A stretch of DNA of 64,000 nt from Kiritimatiellia bacterium (GCA_024694365.1 JAILJX010000124.1:49-64048), one strand, 5' to 3'; numbered from the stretch's first letter, positions 18,889 through 28,993 are shown. Notes: a model not told the origin generated them from the letters alone. Numbers and translations: made by a program.

Positions 18889-20114
18889 CGTTTGTTGTCG
18901 AGGCCGTGGACGGCGGCGGCGCGAGAAAGACCTTCACCCGCGAGGCCGGCACTGCGGCGAAGCTTGCCGCAATGCTCAAGGACGAGGGGCTCCTGGTCCT
19001 TTCCGTGCGCGAGGCCGCCGAACCGGCAGATCCCGAAGAGCCCTGCCGGGAACCGCCTTTTTGGCATCCTTCGTGGCTTTTGCGCATGACCGCCTTTGAC
19101 GTGGAGCTTGGTCTGAGGCAGATGGCCGCGATGATCAAAAGCGGCGTAACGCTTCTTTTCGCTTTGAGGACCGTTGCGGATCAGTCGGGCAAGCCGCGTG
19201 CCGCAAGGGTGTGGCGCAAAGTCGCGGACCGCGTGTTCGCCGGCGGTTCTTTTGCGGAAGCTCTTGCGGAGCAAAAGGGATGTTTCGGCGAAATCACCGT
19301 ACGCCTTGCGGAGGTCGGCGAACGTTCAGGAGAGTTGGAGTTCGCTCTTTCCCGCGCCGCCGATCAGATGGAGGCGCGGAGAAATCTGCGTGCCACAGTC
19401 GTCAATGCTCTTGCATATCCGTTTGTCGCCGTCGCGATGACCATAGGCGTGAGTATTTTCCTGGTAGTCGGCGTGATACCTAAAATTGCTGATTTTCTCC
19501 GCTCTTCGGGCACGGATCTGCCCGCTTTGACAGAGATGCTGATGAGTTTCTCCGAATGGATGATCGCGAACGGACTCTCGGTCGCCGCAGCGATTGCGGC
19601 GATTGCCGTTGCATGGTCGGCTGTGAGGTTTTTCCCCCTTGGGCGCGAGTACGAAGACGTGTTTCTTCTTAAAATTCCGGTTACAGGAAGAATCCTGCGT
19701 CTCTCCGGAACGGCTCTGTTCGCGAGATCCATGGAAATCATGCTTGCGGCCGGGGTTACGCTTATCGATTCTCTCGATACCGCTGCGGGGCTCCTTTCCA
19801 ACAGACGGCTCAGAAGGCGTGTCCGTTCCGCCCGTGAAAGCGTCATGCGCGGCATGTCGCTGGCCGAGGCCCTGTCGCCGGCAAAGGAGTTCCTGCCGAT
19901 GCTCCGCCGCATGGCCGCGGTCGGAGAGGTTACCGGAGGAATTTCCGATGCTTTCGGAGAGACTGCTCGATTTCATGAGATGATGCTTGCCATCGCCGTA
20001 AAACGTTTTGGCATGTTGATAGAGCCTGTAATGATAGTAATAACGGCTGGAATCGTCGGTTTTGTTTACATAGCGTTCTTCCTTGCAATGTTTGCGATCG
20101 CAGGGGCGAATTGA
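18885..20114 (+). CDS. gspF: GspF/PilC-family inner-membrane platform protein
   Basis: 409 aa with two T2SSF-type repeats and three TM segments. 4-nt overlap with gspE. Confidence 0.85.
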   Translation: MTFVVEAVDGGGARKTFTREAGTAAKLAAMLKDEGLLVLSVREAAEPADPEEPCREPPFWHPSWLLRMTAFDVELGLRQMAAMIKSGVTLLFALRTVADQSGKPRAARVWRKVADRVFAGGSFAEALAEQKGCFGEITVRLAEVGERSGELEFALSRAADQMEARRNLRATVVNALAYPFVAVAMTIGVSIFLVVGVIPKIADFLRSSGTDLPALTEMLMSFSEWMIANGLSVAAAIAAIAVAWSAVRFFPLGREYEDVFLLKIPVTGRILRLSGTALFARSMEIMLAAGVTLIDSLDTAAGLLSNRRLRRRVRSARESVMRGMSLAEALSPAKEFLPMLRRMAAVGEVTGGISDAFGETARFHEMMLAIAVKRFGMLIEPVMIVITAGIVGFVYIAFFLAMFAIAGAN

Positions 20115-20172
20115 CGGCGCCGATCGGTGAACCTGCCGGCATCCGGCGGCGTTTAACTGTGCGGAAGGAAAG

Positions 20173-22344
20173 ATGATGAAGAAATCACTGGCTTTATATG
20201 CAATGCTCGCGCTTTTCGCGGCGAGGGGCGGGTCTTCCGCCGCATCGGCTCAGGTCCATGAAGACCCGACCGCTCCGAACGGCGTTTTTGCCGCCCGTCT
20301 CCGCGAACAGCTTGCCGGCTCGAATGGCCTCGCGCTCCATGCGATAGTCGTCGGGGCCGATGGCGACGGAATTGCTCTTGTCGGTCCCGATATCGCGAGC
20401 GCCAAGGCCGTTCGTCGCGGAAGTTTCCTTTCCAGCTCCGTGGATGGTGTCGACGTCTCGCTTAAAGTGCGCTCGGTCGGCTGCGGAGGAATCGCTTTCG
20501 GCGGCGAGGAAGGCGAACCCGACGCGTTCATTTCCGCTTCCTACAAGGCTCTTCCCCCTCCCGACGTTGTTCCTGCCGAATTCATCCGCTACATGGAGTG
20601 CGTCAAAGTCCCCCTCTCGACGGCACTGCGGCTTGTCTCCGATCAGACAGGCGTCAACATCTCGTGTTCCGACGCCGCCGCTGCGACATCGGTATCGATA
20701 TTCCTTCGCAACGTATCTGCCGATGCCGCCGTTGAGGAAATCTGCCGTACGACGGGCCTTTGGTACAGGCGCGACCCTAAAGCCGGGGTCGTGCGCGTGA
20801 CTACGATGGCGGAATATGCGGACAATCTCAACACTTTCAGGGAGGAGGCCACGGAACTTTTCACGCTTCTTTATCCGAATGTAGTAGAGGTCGCAGGGGT
20901 CATATACGGCCTTCATCCCGACCGGACATTCCTTTCTCTCGGCGAAGAGGATATAGAGGAAGATGCAGAGTACGACCTTTCCCGTCGCTTTCGCAGATTC
21001 CGGGCTCTCGAGGACAACGGCGGCTCCCAGTTTCTTGATATGGAGCCTCCGGACGCCAGCTCCTCCGGTTCGTCGGGAAGAGGCGGGAATTTCTCCTTCA
21101 GCAGGGGAAACTCGCTCGCCAGAGTCAGCCAATGGGATCAGCTGAGGCGCCGTGCGCGCGGCGAACTCTCCGGGACGGGCGCAGCGAATGCCATCGCCGC
21201 CGACGATGCAAAGCTCCTTGAGTTCGCATGGCGCGCGGGAGACACGAATCTCCTGGAAATCGTCCGGCACCAGATTTCCCCGGCGGCCGCCAATATTTTC
21301 GTCACGCTTTCGCGCAAGAACAACATGCTGGCCGTCAGGACGAGCGACTTGAAGGTCATGGACGAAATCCGGGCTCTTGTCAAGAAGCTCGATGTTCCGA
21401 CGCCAATGGTCCTCATGGAGGTTAAAGTCCTGGAAGTGGACATCACCGACGATTTCCAGGCTGGCTTCACCTGGAATCTCACGTCGCCCGACAGGGGCGA
21501 CGGCCGCGCCACGCATTCCGTCGGGCACGACGGCGACGGACTCAGGAATTTGACCGCGAGCGCCGTCCAGTCTGGCATGACGGCCGTAAGCCCTACATTC
21601 CAGCTTGGCGTCGTAAGCGATTGGGTTTCTTCCCAAATCCAGCTCATGCAGAAAGACGGCAAGGTGAAGACTCTCGCAACTCCGACGCTGCTTGTCGCCA
21701 ACAATGAGGTTTCGCGCATTTTCAGCGGCAAGGAGTATCCGCTCGTGTCCGGATGGACGGCCGGCGATTCTGTCGTCTCCGAAGGCGGAATCGTAAAGAC
21801 CGATTCCACCGTGGAAATAGAGAAGAAAGATGTCGGGACCATGCTTCTTCTGACGCCGAACATCAATGCGGACCGTACGGTCACCATACGGATGCTTCAG
21901 GAGAATTCCGAAGTGAGCGCCTCCAAGGTGGAGATTCCGGTTACCGGCTCCACCACCTCAAATGGCGATGTAAGGCCCATAGAATATGTGGAGTCGCGCC
22001 AGCTCGCCGGGACGTTTGTCGCCAAGGACGGGCTCTCCGTCATGGCTGGCGGGCTTATACGCGAGTCGGAGGAGGTCACTTACTGGCGCACGCCGGTTCT
22101 GGGCTCCATCCCTCTCGTCGGATGGCTCTTCCGCGGCACCGAAAAGGCGAAGCGCCGCACGGAGCTTGTCGTGATCATACGTCCCCACGTGATTTCCACT
22201 CCGGTCGAAGGCGGAAAGATATCAAGGGAGCTGCTGGACGCGATCTCTGCCCATCCTGCCAAGGACGGGCGTGCGACGATGGGCGTGTTCAATCCCGACG
22301 AGAGCCATGACGCGGCCGACGACGTCGGAAACCTTGTCAAGTGA
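20173..22344 (+). CDS. gspD: Secretin (GspD/PilQ family)
   Basis: 723 aa. Signal peptide. Secretin core LATPTLLVANNEVSRIFSG... and TPVLGSIPLVGWLFRG...ELVVIIRPHVI. Confidence 0.85.
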   Translation: MMKKSLALYAMLALFAARGGSSAASAQVHEDPTAPNGVFAARLREQLAGSNGLALHAIVVGADGDGIALVGPDIASAKAVRRGSFLSSSVDGVDVSLKVRSVGCGGIAFGGEEGEPDAFISASYKALPPPDVVPAEFIRYMECVKVPLSTALRLVSDQTGVNISCSDAAAATSVSIFLRNVSADAAVEEICRTTGLWYRRDPKAGVVRVTTMAEYADNLNTFREEATELFTLLYPNVVEVAGVIYGLHPDRTFLSLGEEDIEEDAEYDLSRRFRRFRALEDNGGSQFLDMEPPDASSSGSSGRGGNFSFSRGNSLARVSQWDQLRRRARGELSGTGAANAIAADDAKLLEFAWRAGDTNLLEIVRHQISPAAANIFVTLSRKNNMLAVRTSDLKVMDEIRALVKKLDVPTPMVLMEVKVLEVDITDDFQAGFTWNLTSPDRGDGRATHSVGHDGDGLRNLTASAVQSGMTAVSPTFQLGVVSDWVSSQIQLMQKDGKVKTLATPTLLVANNEVSRIFSGKEYPLVSGWTAGDSVVSEGGIVKTDSTVEIEKKDVGTMLLLTPNINADRTVTIRMLQENSEVSASKVEIPVTGSTTSNGDVRPIEYVESRQLAGTFVAKDGLSVMAGGLIRESEEVTYWRTPVLGSIPLVGWLFRGTEKAKRRTELVVIIRPHVISTPVEGGKISRELLDAISAHPAKDGRATMGVFNPDESHDAADDVGNLVK

Positions 22345-22371
22345 CGATATTCCATACAGAAAGGACATGAA

Positions 22372-23358
22372 ATGAAAAAGGCGTTTACGCTGATTGAGCT
22401 GTTGATGGTCGTGGCATTGATTGCCATAGTTTCCACGCTTGCCGTGATGAAGGTCGGCGGAATGCGCGAAGCGGCGGCAAGAAAAGTCTCGCTGGCAAGC
22501 CAGAGAAGCGTCGAAAGGGCGGTCGAGACGTTCTTGACCAACCAGGGGCGCCTCAACAGGCTCGATTCGCTCATATACGCCGGCGAAGGCGGCGCTCCGG
22601 TGCTGGGCACGACTCCTGGCGACTTCGATTTCACCGCAGCGTTTTCCCTTGAGGGGCACGACGGCTTTTACATGGGGCCCTTCGATGCGGCTGAAGACGT
22701 GCGCGAAGAGCGGAACCTCGGGCTTACGCCCGGGCTGCAGAAAGTCCTCTGTCCGTACACGCTCAATGCGGTGCAGGTCACTGCCCTCGTCAACCGCCTC
22801 GGCCTCAAATATGTGATGGCCCATACGGCCTATGCCGATGCCGGAGACAACGAGTACCCCTCAATGCACTACCCGAACAATCGCTCTTACGGCGACGGCA
22901 CCGTCCCTAACGCATCCGATGGGCTGGATCCGAATTCCTCCGCGTGCGTCGCCACAAAAGTCGTCACCAACATGATGGTTGCTGCGGTCAATCCGATGAC
23001 CGATCTCGGCCGCACGATATACCAGGCGTGCGGGCAGGAGCTGATGAATACAAAGGGCTGGGGCGAGAGCTACAACGAGACGGAAGTCCGCGCCGAGGTC
23101 GCGGCGACGGGAGGTCCGCTCATCGCTTTCGGCCTTGGCGATTCGGCTTCGATCGTCGGCAAGGCTGATGGCGGTCTCGAGTCTGCGCCGTATGCCACAT
23201 ATCCGCTCAGGAAATACTATTCCCGCTACATTCTCCTCTTCCGCCTGAAGAGGGCCGGTGCCGGATCTGTCATGCAGACGATACCCGAGTTTGCAGGAGT
23301 GATCGATCCGTGCGGAAACACCATCAGGGCTGCGGAATCCATAATAAAGACTCTTTGA
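22372..23358 (+). CDS. Large prepilin-type (class III signal) protein, paralogue A
   Basis: 328 aa. MKKA|FTLIELLMVVALIAIVS; C-terminal ...YILLFRLK...FAGVIDPCGNT motif shared with the next gene. Confidence 0.7.
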   Translation: MKKAFTLIELLMVVALIAIVSTLAVMKVGGMREAAARKVSLASQRSVERAVETFLTNQGRLNRLDSLIYAGEGGAPVLGTTPGDFDFTAAFSLEGHDGFYMGPFDAAEDVREERNLGLTPGLQKVLCPYTLNAVQVTALVNRLGLKYVMAHTAYADAGDNEYPSMHYPNNRSYGDGTVPNASDGLDPNSSACVATKVVTNMMVAAVNPMTDLGRTIYQACGQELMNTKGWGESYNETEVRAEVAATGGPLIAFGLGDSASIVGKADGGLESAPYATYPLRKYYSRYILLFRLKRAGAGSVMQTIPEFAGVIDPCGNTIRAAESIIKTL

Positions 23359-23433
23359 ACCCAAGACCGCTCCGTGGCGTTGTAGCATATGAAGGCCGGG
23401 GGGTTGTCTGAAACAAGGAAAAAGGAAAGCAGA

Positions 23434-24474
23434 ATGATGAAATCGATCAAATCGGGATTCACGCTCATAGAACTCATACTGGTGATCGCCGTTATTGCGA
23501 TAATCGCCGTAATAGCGATAGGCAAGTTTGCCGATGTCAGCAAAGACTCGTCCCGCAAGGCGAACGTCGCCAACATAAAAAACATAACGCGTACGATCAA
23601 CACCGAAATCGCAAGGATCGACGGAGACACGCAGAAGGGGATGTTCGCCTACGCCGAGGCTCTCATCGATGTCGATGGCCAGAGCGCCCCTGCAGGCACC
23701 GAAGGGACGTATGTGTGGGCTCCGGCCTCCGGATGGTATGACGGGGCGGGCGGCACGATCCCCGGCATATATTGCGGGATAAAATTGACGGCTGTTGTCG
23801 AGAACGCCGCCGGCGTGACCACAGGGAGCGTCTCCGGCATTCCCGAAGCCCACGAGAGCAATGTCGGGCTTGACGCATTTGCGTCGAAACTCGGCATGTA
23901 CCATCTCACGGCGAAGGAGGTCGATGCTTTGAGGGATGCCGGCGTGAGCATCGTCTCCTACCACAATTACTCCAACGCCCAAGCCAAGAATTTGGGATGG
24001 AACTCGAGCGTCTGGTATACGCAATACGGTCTTCACTCGACAGGCGGCGGACCCGGCCACCGTCCGGATTTGAGCGCATGCTATCCTGTCGTCCTGACCA
24101 ACGGCATGGCCGTGGCCGTGCTCGATCCGTCCAAATGCGAATCGGTATATCGCGATCTGGGCCTGGATTACGCCTCGACCTACAATGTGGATGGGCTTGA
24201 CGCGTCAAATCCGGAGACGTATTTCGCCAAAGGGATATGCAAGCGGCTGGTTGTGGTCGGCCTCGGCCGGGACTGCGAGGCGAACACCAGGTTCTTTGAA
24301 AACATGCCTCGCTGCATGACGCTGGACAAGAAGCACTACAGGAATTATCTTCTCGTTTTTCAGATGGGCAACGGTCAGGGCAACGGCGGATTCTCGGTCA
24401 AGTTTGTCGGCGTCCTGGATCCGGCCGGCAATACGGCCAAGCAGGCCCAGTACAATGCCGACTGGGCTTCGTGA
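23434..24474 (+). CDS. Large prepilin-type (class III signal) protein, paralogue B
   Basis: 346 aa from ATG 23434 (SD AAGGAAAAAGGAAAG). MMKSIKSG|FTLIELILVIAVIAII; C-terminal ...YLLVFQMG...FVGVLDPAGNT. Confidence 0.7.
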   Translation: MMKSIKSGFTLIELILVIAVIAIIAVIAIGKFADVSKDSSRKANVANIKNITRTINTEIARIDGDTQKGMFAYAEALIDVDGQSAPAGTEGTYVWAPASGWYDGAGGTIPGIYCGIKLTAVVENAAGVTTGSVSGIPEAHESNVGLDAFASKLGMYHLTAKEVDALRDAGVSIVSYHNYSNAQAKNLGWNSSVWYTQYGLHSTGGGPGHRPDLSACYPVVLTNGMAVAVLDPSKCESVYRDLGLDYASTYNVDGLDASNPETYFAKGICKRLVVVGLGRDCEANTRFFENMPRCMTLDKKHYRNYLLVFQMGNGQGNGGFSVKFVGVLDPAGNTAKQAQYNADWAS

Positions 24475-24484
24475 GGGGATTCGA

Positions 24485-25198
24485 ATGAATGCGTTGGAAG
24501 CTTCGGGCGTATCCAAAAGCTATGGCGACAGGCAGGTTCTGAAGGATTTTGCCCTTGAGATGATGCCGGGCGAGTTTGTCGCCCTCATGGGGCCGAGCGG
24601 AAGCGGCAAGTCGACGTTTCTCCATCTTGCCGCCGGGCTGCTTTCTGCGGACTCGGGGCGCATTCTTGTCGGAGGGAAAGATGTTTCCGCCATGGGCGAC
24701 GGCGCGGCGGCCAGATTCCGCCGCCGGCATGTAGGCGTGGTCTTCCAGGCGTTCAATCTTTTGGATTCCGCCACCGTCGCGGAAAACATAGCCTTGCCCG
24801 CAAAACTCGATCGCGTCCGTCCGGACCGGGATCGCCTGGCCGATCTTTCCGTAAAGCTCGGTCTTTCGGGAAAGGAGGGGAATTATCCGCAGGAGCTGTC
24901 CGGTGGCGAGCGGCAGCGGGTGGCCATAGCCCGCGCGCTGTACTCCAGGCCGGAGATCGTCCTGGCCGACGAGCCTACCGGAAATCTGGACACAAGGTCC
25001 GCCCGTTCGATATGCGATTTGCTCAGGGAGCTTAACGGTGCGGAGAAAAGTTCCATACTTGTCGTCACGCACGATCCTGTGGTCGCGGCCGCCGCGACCC
25101 GTGTGTGTTTCCTGAAAGATGGAGCGATAGCGGCGTCGCGTCCCACGGACGGGGATCCTGAAGCCGTTTCAAGGTTGTATCTGGAGATTTGCCGATGA
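24485..25198 (+). CDS. ABC transporter ATP-binding protein (MacB/LolD-type)
   Basis: 237 aa from MNALEASGVSKSYG. Walker A GPSGSGKST, signature LSGGERQR and Walker B VLADEPTGNLD. Confidence 0.85.
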   Translation: MNALEASGVSKSYGDRQVLKDFALEMMPGEFVALMGPSGSGKSTFLHLAAGLLSADSGRILVGGKDVSAMGDGAAARFRRRHVGVVFQAFNLLDSATVAENIALPAKLDRVRPDRDRLADLSVKLGLSGKEGNYPQELSGGERQRVAIARALYSRPEIVLADEPTGNLDTRSARSICDLLRELNGAEKSSILVVTHDPVVAAAATRVCFLKDGAIAASRPTDGDPEAVSRLYLEICR

Positions 25199-27537
25199 TG
25201 TTCCGTCTCATGCTGCGGGGACTCAAGCGCGGCAAAGCCAGATTTGCCTGCGCCGTCGCAGGGATCGCCGTTGCCGTCGGGACGATGGTTTTCACGACCT
25301 CGCTTGTCGAGACCAACAATGCCCAGGCGCCGGCGGCTGCAAAAGCCGCTTGCGTCCCGTGGTCCGCATGGAAAACAGGCGGCGGGCCGGGCGCCGATCT
25401 TGTCCTTGAGACTGTAAGGACGACCGTCGATTTCCGCCCCGGCGGACGCGTTCTCCAAGGTCCGCCGATGGTTGCCGTCGTCGCAAACGCCCCCGCCGGC
25501 AATCCATACGGCAATGTCGAACTCGCCGAGGGGCGCTGGGTCGATCCATCTTCTTCCGAGCCCGAGGTCGTATGTGTCAGGAATTCCATGCGGCGCTTTG
25601 GCAAGGAGTGCCCGGAACTCGGCGCACCGCTCAAGTTTGTCGGCGACTGCGGAACGATGACCGCCAAGGTTGTCGGCTATCTTGACGGCGGACGTCTCCC
25701 GCGGGAATTCCCGTATGTTTTCGCAAACGCCCCGGCCATGGAATCCCTGAAGGGCGAGAAAACGGTCAGCGTTGCATTTTGGCGGACGGTGCCCGAAGGG
25801 GTGGAAGGGCTTCTCACGCCGGAGACGCCTGCCGTCGTCGGCGCTTTCAAGTCCGATGAGCAGCGCAGGATGGATTATGCCACTCCTCTTCTCATCGCAG
25901 CGGCGATTCTCACGGCTTTGTCGCTTCTCGTCAATTCGCTTCTCCTTTCCGTGGAGTCCAACAGACGCCCCCTCGCTGTCATGCGGACGGTGGGGCTGAC
26001 GCGCGGCGGAGTCGTGGGTTATGTGGCTCTCGAGGCGCTGTTCGCCTCCGCCGTCGGTTGGTTTCTTGGCGTATTTGCGGCTCTTGCTTCGCTCGCTGCA
26101 TATGTCGCCGCAGATCATGCCGCCTTCCCGTCCGGGATGGCGGTGGACTTCTCCCGCATTTTCGCCACGTTGATTGCGCTCCCTTTCATCTCGCTGACGG
26201 CGGTCGCCTTCGCGTTGCGCCCGGCTCTGAAGGTCCGCCCGGCCGATGCTCTGGCGGCCCGTCCGCGCCGCTGGCGGCACGGCATGGCGGTGACGTTCGC
26301 CTGCGGCTTTGCGGCTTTTGTCGCGGTTGAGGTTTGGGGCGCTTCGCTGATGCGTGCATTCGTCCCCTCTCCCGAGTGGCCAGACGCGATCGTTTCCCTT
26401 CTTCCTGGCGGCGCCTCCAGTTTCGATGTGGAGAAGCTCAGGGATGTCGAAGGCGTGAAACGGATCAGTGAACTCGTCCCCCGTCAGTTGCCGGTGCTCC
26501 CCCTGCAGGAGATGGAGGGGCCTGCGGGCGGACGCGGAGGCGCCCATGCCCGCGGAGGGCGCGGCGGCGGTGCGATGTACAGAAACGCACTTTTTCTTGC
26601 CGCGGAATGGCTGCCGGAGTTCAATTTCATCGAAGGCGATTTCGGCAGCGCCTCGAAAGCCCTGTCCGGGGGGAATGCGGTCGTCATAACCGAGATGATG
26701 TCGCGCGACCGCAACCTCCACAAGGGAGACGCGCTGAAGGTCGCCTCATTCTCCAGGCGCGGGTCTGCGGCGGAGGAACTTTCATTCCCCATCGCCGGTG
26801 TCGTCGATCTCAATTGGCATATGGTCACGAGCCGCGGTCTGGTAAGGGGGCTCGGCGGCTCTCCGGTCATGACCGACGGCCCCGTCTTCTGCTCGTTCGA
26901 CACGATGGGCTGCATCGATCCTCGTACCTATGTCACGGAGCCTTCCATGTCCGCGCCGATGACCCACCTTTGGGTGGAGTACGAGCCGCTCTTCCTCGAG
27001 AAGCACGGAGTGTTTGGCGCCGGTCGCATGATCGAGGCGGAAATCGCCAAGCGTCTCGGAAATCCCGGGAACTGCACCGTGCGTCTGCATGCACGAGACG
27101 AGATCGCCGACGGAACCCTCGCCCACGGCAATGACGTCATCGGCCAGGCTGCGCGGGTTCCCTTCGTGTTTCTTGCGATTCTTGCGATTGGATTTGTAGC
27201 CATGCTCGTGGCCGAGGCGGACGCACGGCGTTGCGAGTTCGCCACGCTCCATGCTGTGGGCGCGACGCGTCTGCAGCTCGCCGGGAAGCTTGCCGGAAGC
27301 GCGCTGAAGACGGCCTTGGCCGGGATTCTTGCCGGGCTCCCCCTGGGTGCTCTCGCCGGCTGGCTGTTCACCTTCGCCACGGGCAATTGGCCCGGGCTGC
27401 CCCACTGGTTCGTCCTGCCTGCGAGAATCGTCGCCGAGGGAGCGATCGGCGCCGTCGTTTTTGCTCTTGTCTTCGCCGTGCCTACGGCCCTGTCGCTTAT
27501 GGCGCGGGCGACGGACCGGCGGAATGGCCCGGTGTGA
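25195..27537 (+). CDS. ABC transporter permease with two tandem FtsX/MacB-type modules
   Basis: About 780 aa. ATG 25195 overlaps the ATPase stop (ATGA). Two repeats of TM + large periplasmic domain + three TM segments. Confidence 0.8.
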   Translation: MMFRLMLRGLKRGKARFACAVAGIAVAVGTMVFTTSLVETNNAQAPAAAKAACVPWSAWKTGGGPGADLVLETVRTTVDFRPGGRVLQGPPMVAVVANAPAGNPYGNVELAEGRWVDPSSSEPEVVCVRNSMRRFGKECPELGAPLKFVGDCGTMTAKVVGYLDGGRLPREFPYVFANAPAMESLKGEKTVSVAFWRTVPEGVEGLLTPETPAVVGAFKSDEQRRMDYATPLLIAAAILTALSLLVNSLLLSVESNRRPLAVMRTVGLTRGGVVGYVALEALFASAVGWFLGVFAALASLAAYVAADHAAFPSGMAVDFSRIFATLIALPFISLTAVAFALRPALKVRPADALAARPRRWRHGMAVTFACGFAAFVAVEVWGASLMRAFVPSPEWPDAIVSLLPGGASSFDVEKLRDVEGVKRISELVPRQLPVLPLQEMEGPAGGRGGAHARGGRGGGAMYRNALFLAAEWLPEFNFIEGDFGSASKALSGGNAVVITEMMSRDRNLHKGDALKVASFSRRGSAAEELSFPIAGVVDLNWHMVTSRGLVRGLGGSPVMTDGPVFCSFDTMGCIDPRTYVTEPSMSAPMTHLWVEYEPLFLEKHGVFGAGRMIEAEIAKRLGNPGNCTVRLHARDEIADGTLAHGNDVIGQAARVPFVFLAILAIGFVAMLVAEADARRCEFATLHAVGATRLQLAGKLAGSALKTALAGILAGLPLGALAGWLFTFATGNWPGLPHWFVLPARIVAEGAIGAVVFALVFAVPTALSLMARATDRRNGPV

Positions 27538-28978
27538 CCTGTTCGTCCAGGTCCCTGTCTTGATGGGGGTCTTCCTTGACGTTGTACCGGCGCCACGGCT
27601 TGTCCGCGCCGCCTGCCTGCAGCATCACGATATCGCCGTCGCGCCTCATCCGCTGCTCGCCGCGCACCAGGTCGCGCTTGCGGGCCGCGAATTCCGCGAA
27701 GTCTTTCTCCTGGCTGCGTCCGCCGCAGTAGACGGTCTCTATGCGCGATTTCTCCCCCTTGCCGCCCGTCCACCGGGGAAGCAGCGAAACGCCGTCGCAC
27801 GATTCCGGTTTTTCCGTTCCGGCAAGCTCCGCCAGGGTTGCCATCCAGTCCGTCGATATGGACGGCGAGCCGTCTTCCTTGACGTCGAAACCTCCCTTGC
27901 GCCAGACGAATGCCGGGACGCGCATGCCTCCTTCGTATACGTCTCTTTTGAGTCCGTCGAAGGGCCCTGCCGACCGGAAGAACCTCGTGTCCGCCCCGTA
28001 TTCGTCTGCGGGTCCGTTGTCGCTTGTGAAAATTATTATGGTGTCGCCGGCCACGCCGAGCTTTTCCAGATGTGCCGTCAAATCCCCGATTGCGTCGTCG
28101 AGCCTCGCTATGGCCGTCGCGTAGCGCTGCATGTTTTCGTTTGCGAAATCGCGGCATCTTGGATCGATCCACGTGTTTCTGTCTTCCGGCGGCTCGGGCT
28201 TGAGAGGCCAGGAAAGACCTTCTTCGGGATAAGGCCTCCCCGGCACGTGGAGAGGATGCCTGTTTACGAGTGTCGAATCGCTCTGACCCGACCCGTGCAC
28301 GGCATTCACCGCCATATACAGGAAGAAAGGCTCTCCCGGATGCTCTCTCACGGCCTGCGATATCTCTTTCTTGGCCCGGGCGGTGAAAAGATCCGTCGAG
28401 TATATGCCCTTGGCGCCGTCGGTCGCCTTTTCGCGTCCGTCCCATATGCCCATGTACGCCCCGCGGATGAATCCGTCGTAATGGTAGTATGTGTGGCCGG
28501 CCATATGGTCCATGAAGCCGTAGAACGAGCCGAATCCCTTGTCCAGCGGATGGGCCGATACGGGCGTTCCGCTCTCGCCTCCCCCTCCGATGCCCCATTT
28601 GCCGATCGCCATCGTGCGGTATCCTGCGCCTGACATGAGCGTTCCCAGCGTGTCCTTTTCCGTTATCGGATGGTCGAACATGTTGTTCTTGACCGAGCAG
28701 CGCCCCTGCAGCCTTCCGGTCATGATCGACGCCCGCGACGGCGCACAGACCGGAGCGGCGCAGTAATGGTCTGTCAGCACGACGCCTTCTGACGCCAGGC
28801 GGTCCAGATTCGGCGTCTGTATGCGCGCTTCGGCTGCGGGCCTGCGGTTCTGGAACGAAAATCCGGTGTCTCCATAGCCGAGGTCGTCCGCCAGGATGAA
28901 TATTACGTTCGGTTTTGCGTGCGCCGCGATCGACGCGGCGAAAACGGCGGCAAATATGAGGTGGCGCAATTTCTTCAT
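27497..28978 (-). CDS. Formylglycine-dependent sulfatase (secreted)
   Basis: 493 aa. Signal peptide MKKLRHLIFAAVFAASIAAHA; motifs NVIFILADDLGYGD and CAPSRASIMTG (CxPxR FGly motif). Confidence 0.9.
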   Translation of the reverse strand: MKKLRHLIFAAVFAASIAAHAKPNVIFILADDLGYGDTGFSFQNRRPAAEARIQTPNLDRLASEGVVLTDHYCAAPVCAPSRASIMTGRLQGRCSVKNNMFDHPITEKDTLGTLMSGAGYRTMAIGKWGIGGGGESGTPVSAHPLDKGFGSFYGFMDHMAGHTYYHYDGFIRGAYMGIWDGREKATDGAKGIYSTDLFTARAKKEISQAVREHPGEPFFLYMAVNAVHGSGQSDSTLVNRHPLHVPGRPYPEEGLSWPLKPEPPEDRNTWIDPRCRDFANENMQRYATAIARLDDAIGDLTAHLEKLGVAGDTIIIFTSDNGPADEYGADTRFFRSAGPFDGLKRDVYEGGMRVPAFVWRKGGFDVKEDGSPSISTDWMATLAELAGTEKPESCDGVSLLPRWTGGKGEKSRIETVYCGGRSQEKDFAEFAARKRDLVRGEQRMRRDGDIVMLQAGGADKPWRRYNVKEDPHQDRDLDEQVTPGHSAGPSPAP

Positions 28979-28984
28979 GGCTCT

Positions 28985-28993
28985 ATTATACCA
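28985..28993 (-). promoter_or_regulatory. Extended -10 box TGGTATAAT (minus strand); leaderless sulfatase mRNA
   Basis: The reverse complement of 28985-28993 is TGGTATAAT. Only 6 nt lie between the hexamer and the ATG at 28978. Confidence 0.5.

Noticed and set aside
27497-27537. Convergent 3'-end overlaps (ABC permease/sulfatase 41 nt; GH2/rluA 14 nt at 31727-31740), considered as frameshift or assembly errors
   Set aside because: Both partners end with normal-length products and intact family motifs. Short convergent overlaps are ordinary in compact genomes.
24883-28633. Long alternative ORFs 24883-26721 (-), 26928-28598 (-) and 27329-28633 (+)
   Set aside because: They overlap the ABC ATPase/permease and the sulfatase, both of which have unambiguous family motifs. 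The alternatives have no recognisable motifs and low-complexity composition.
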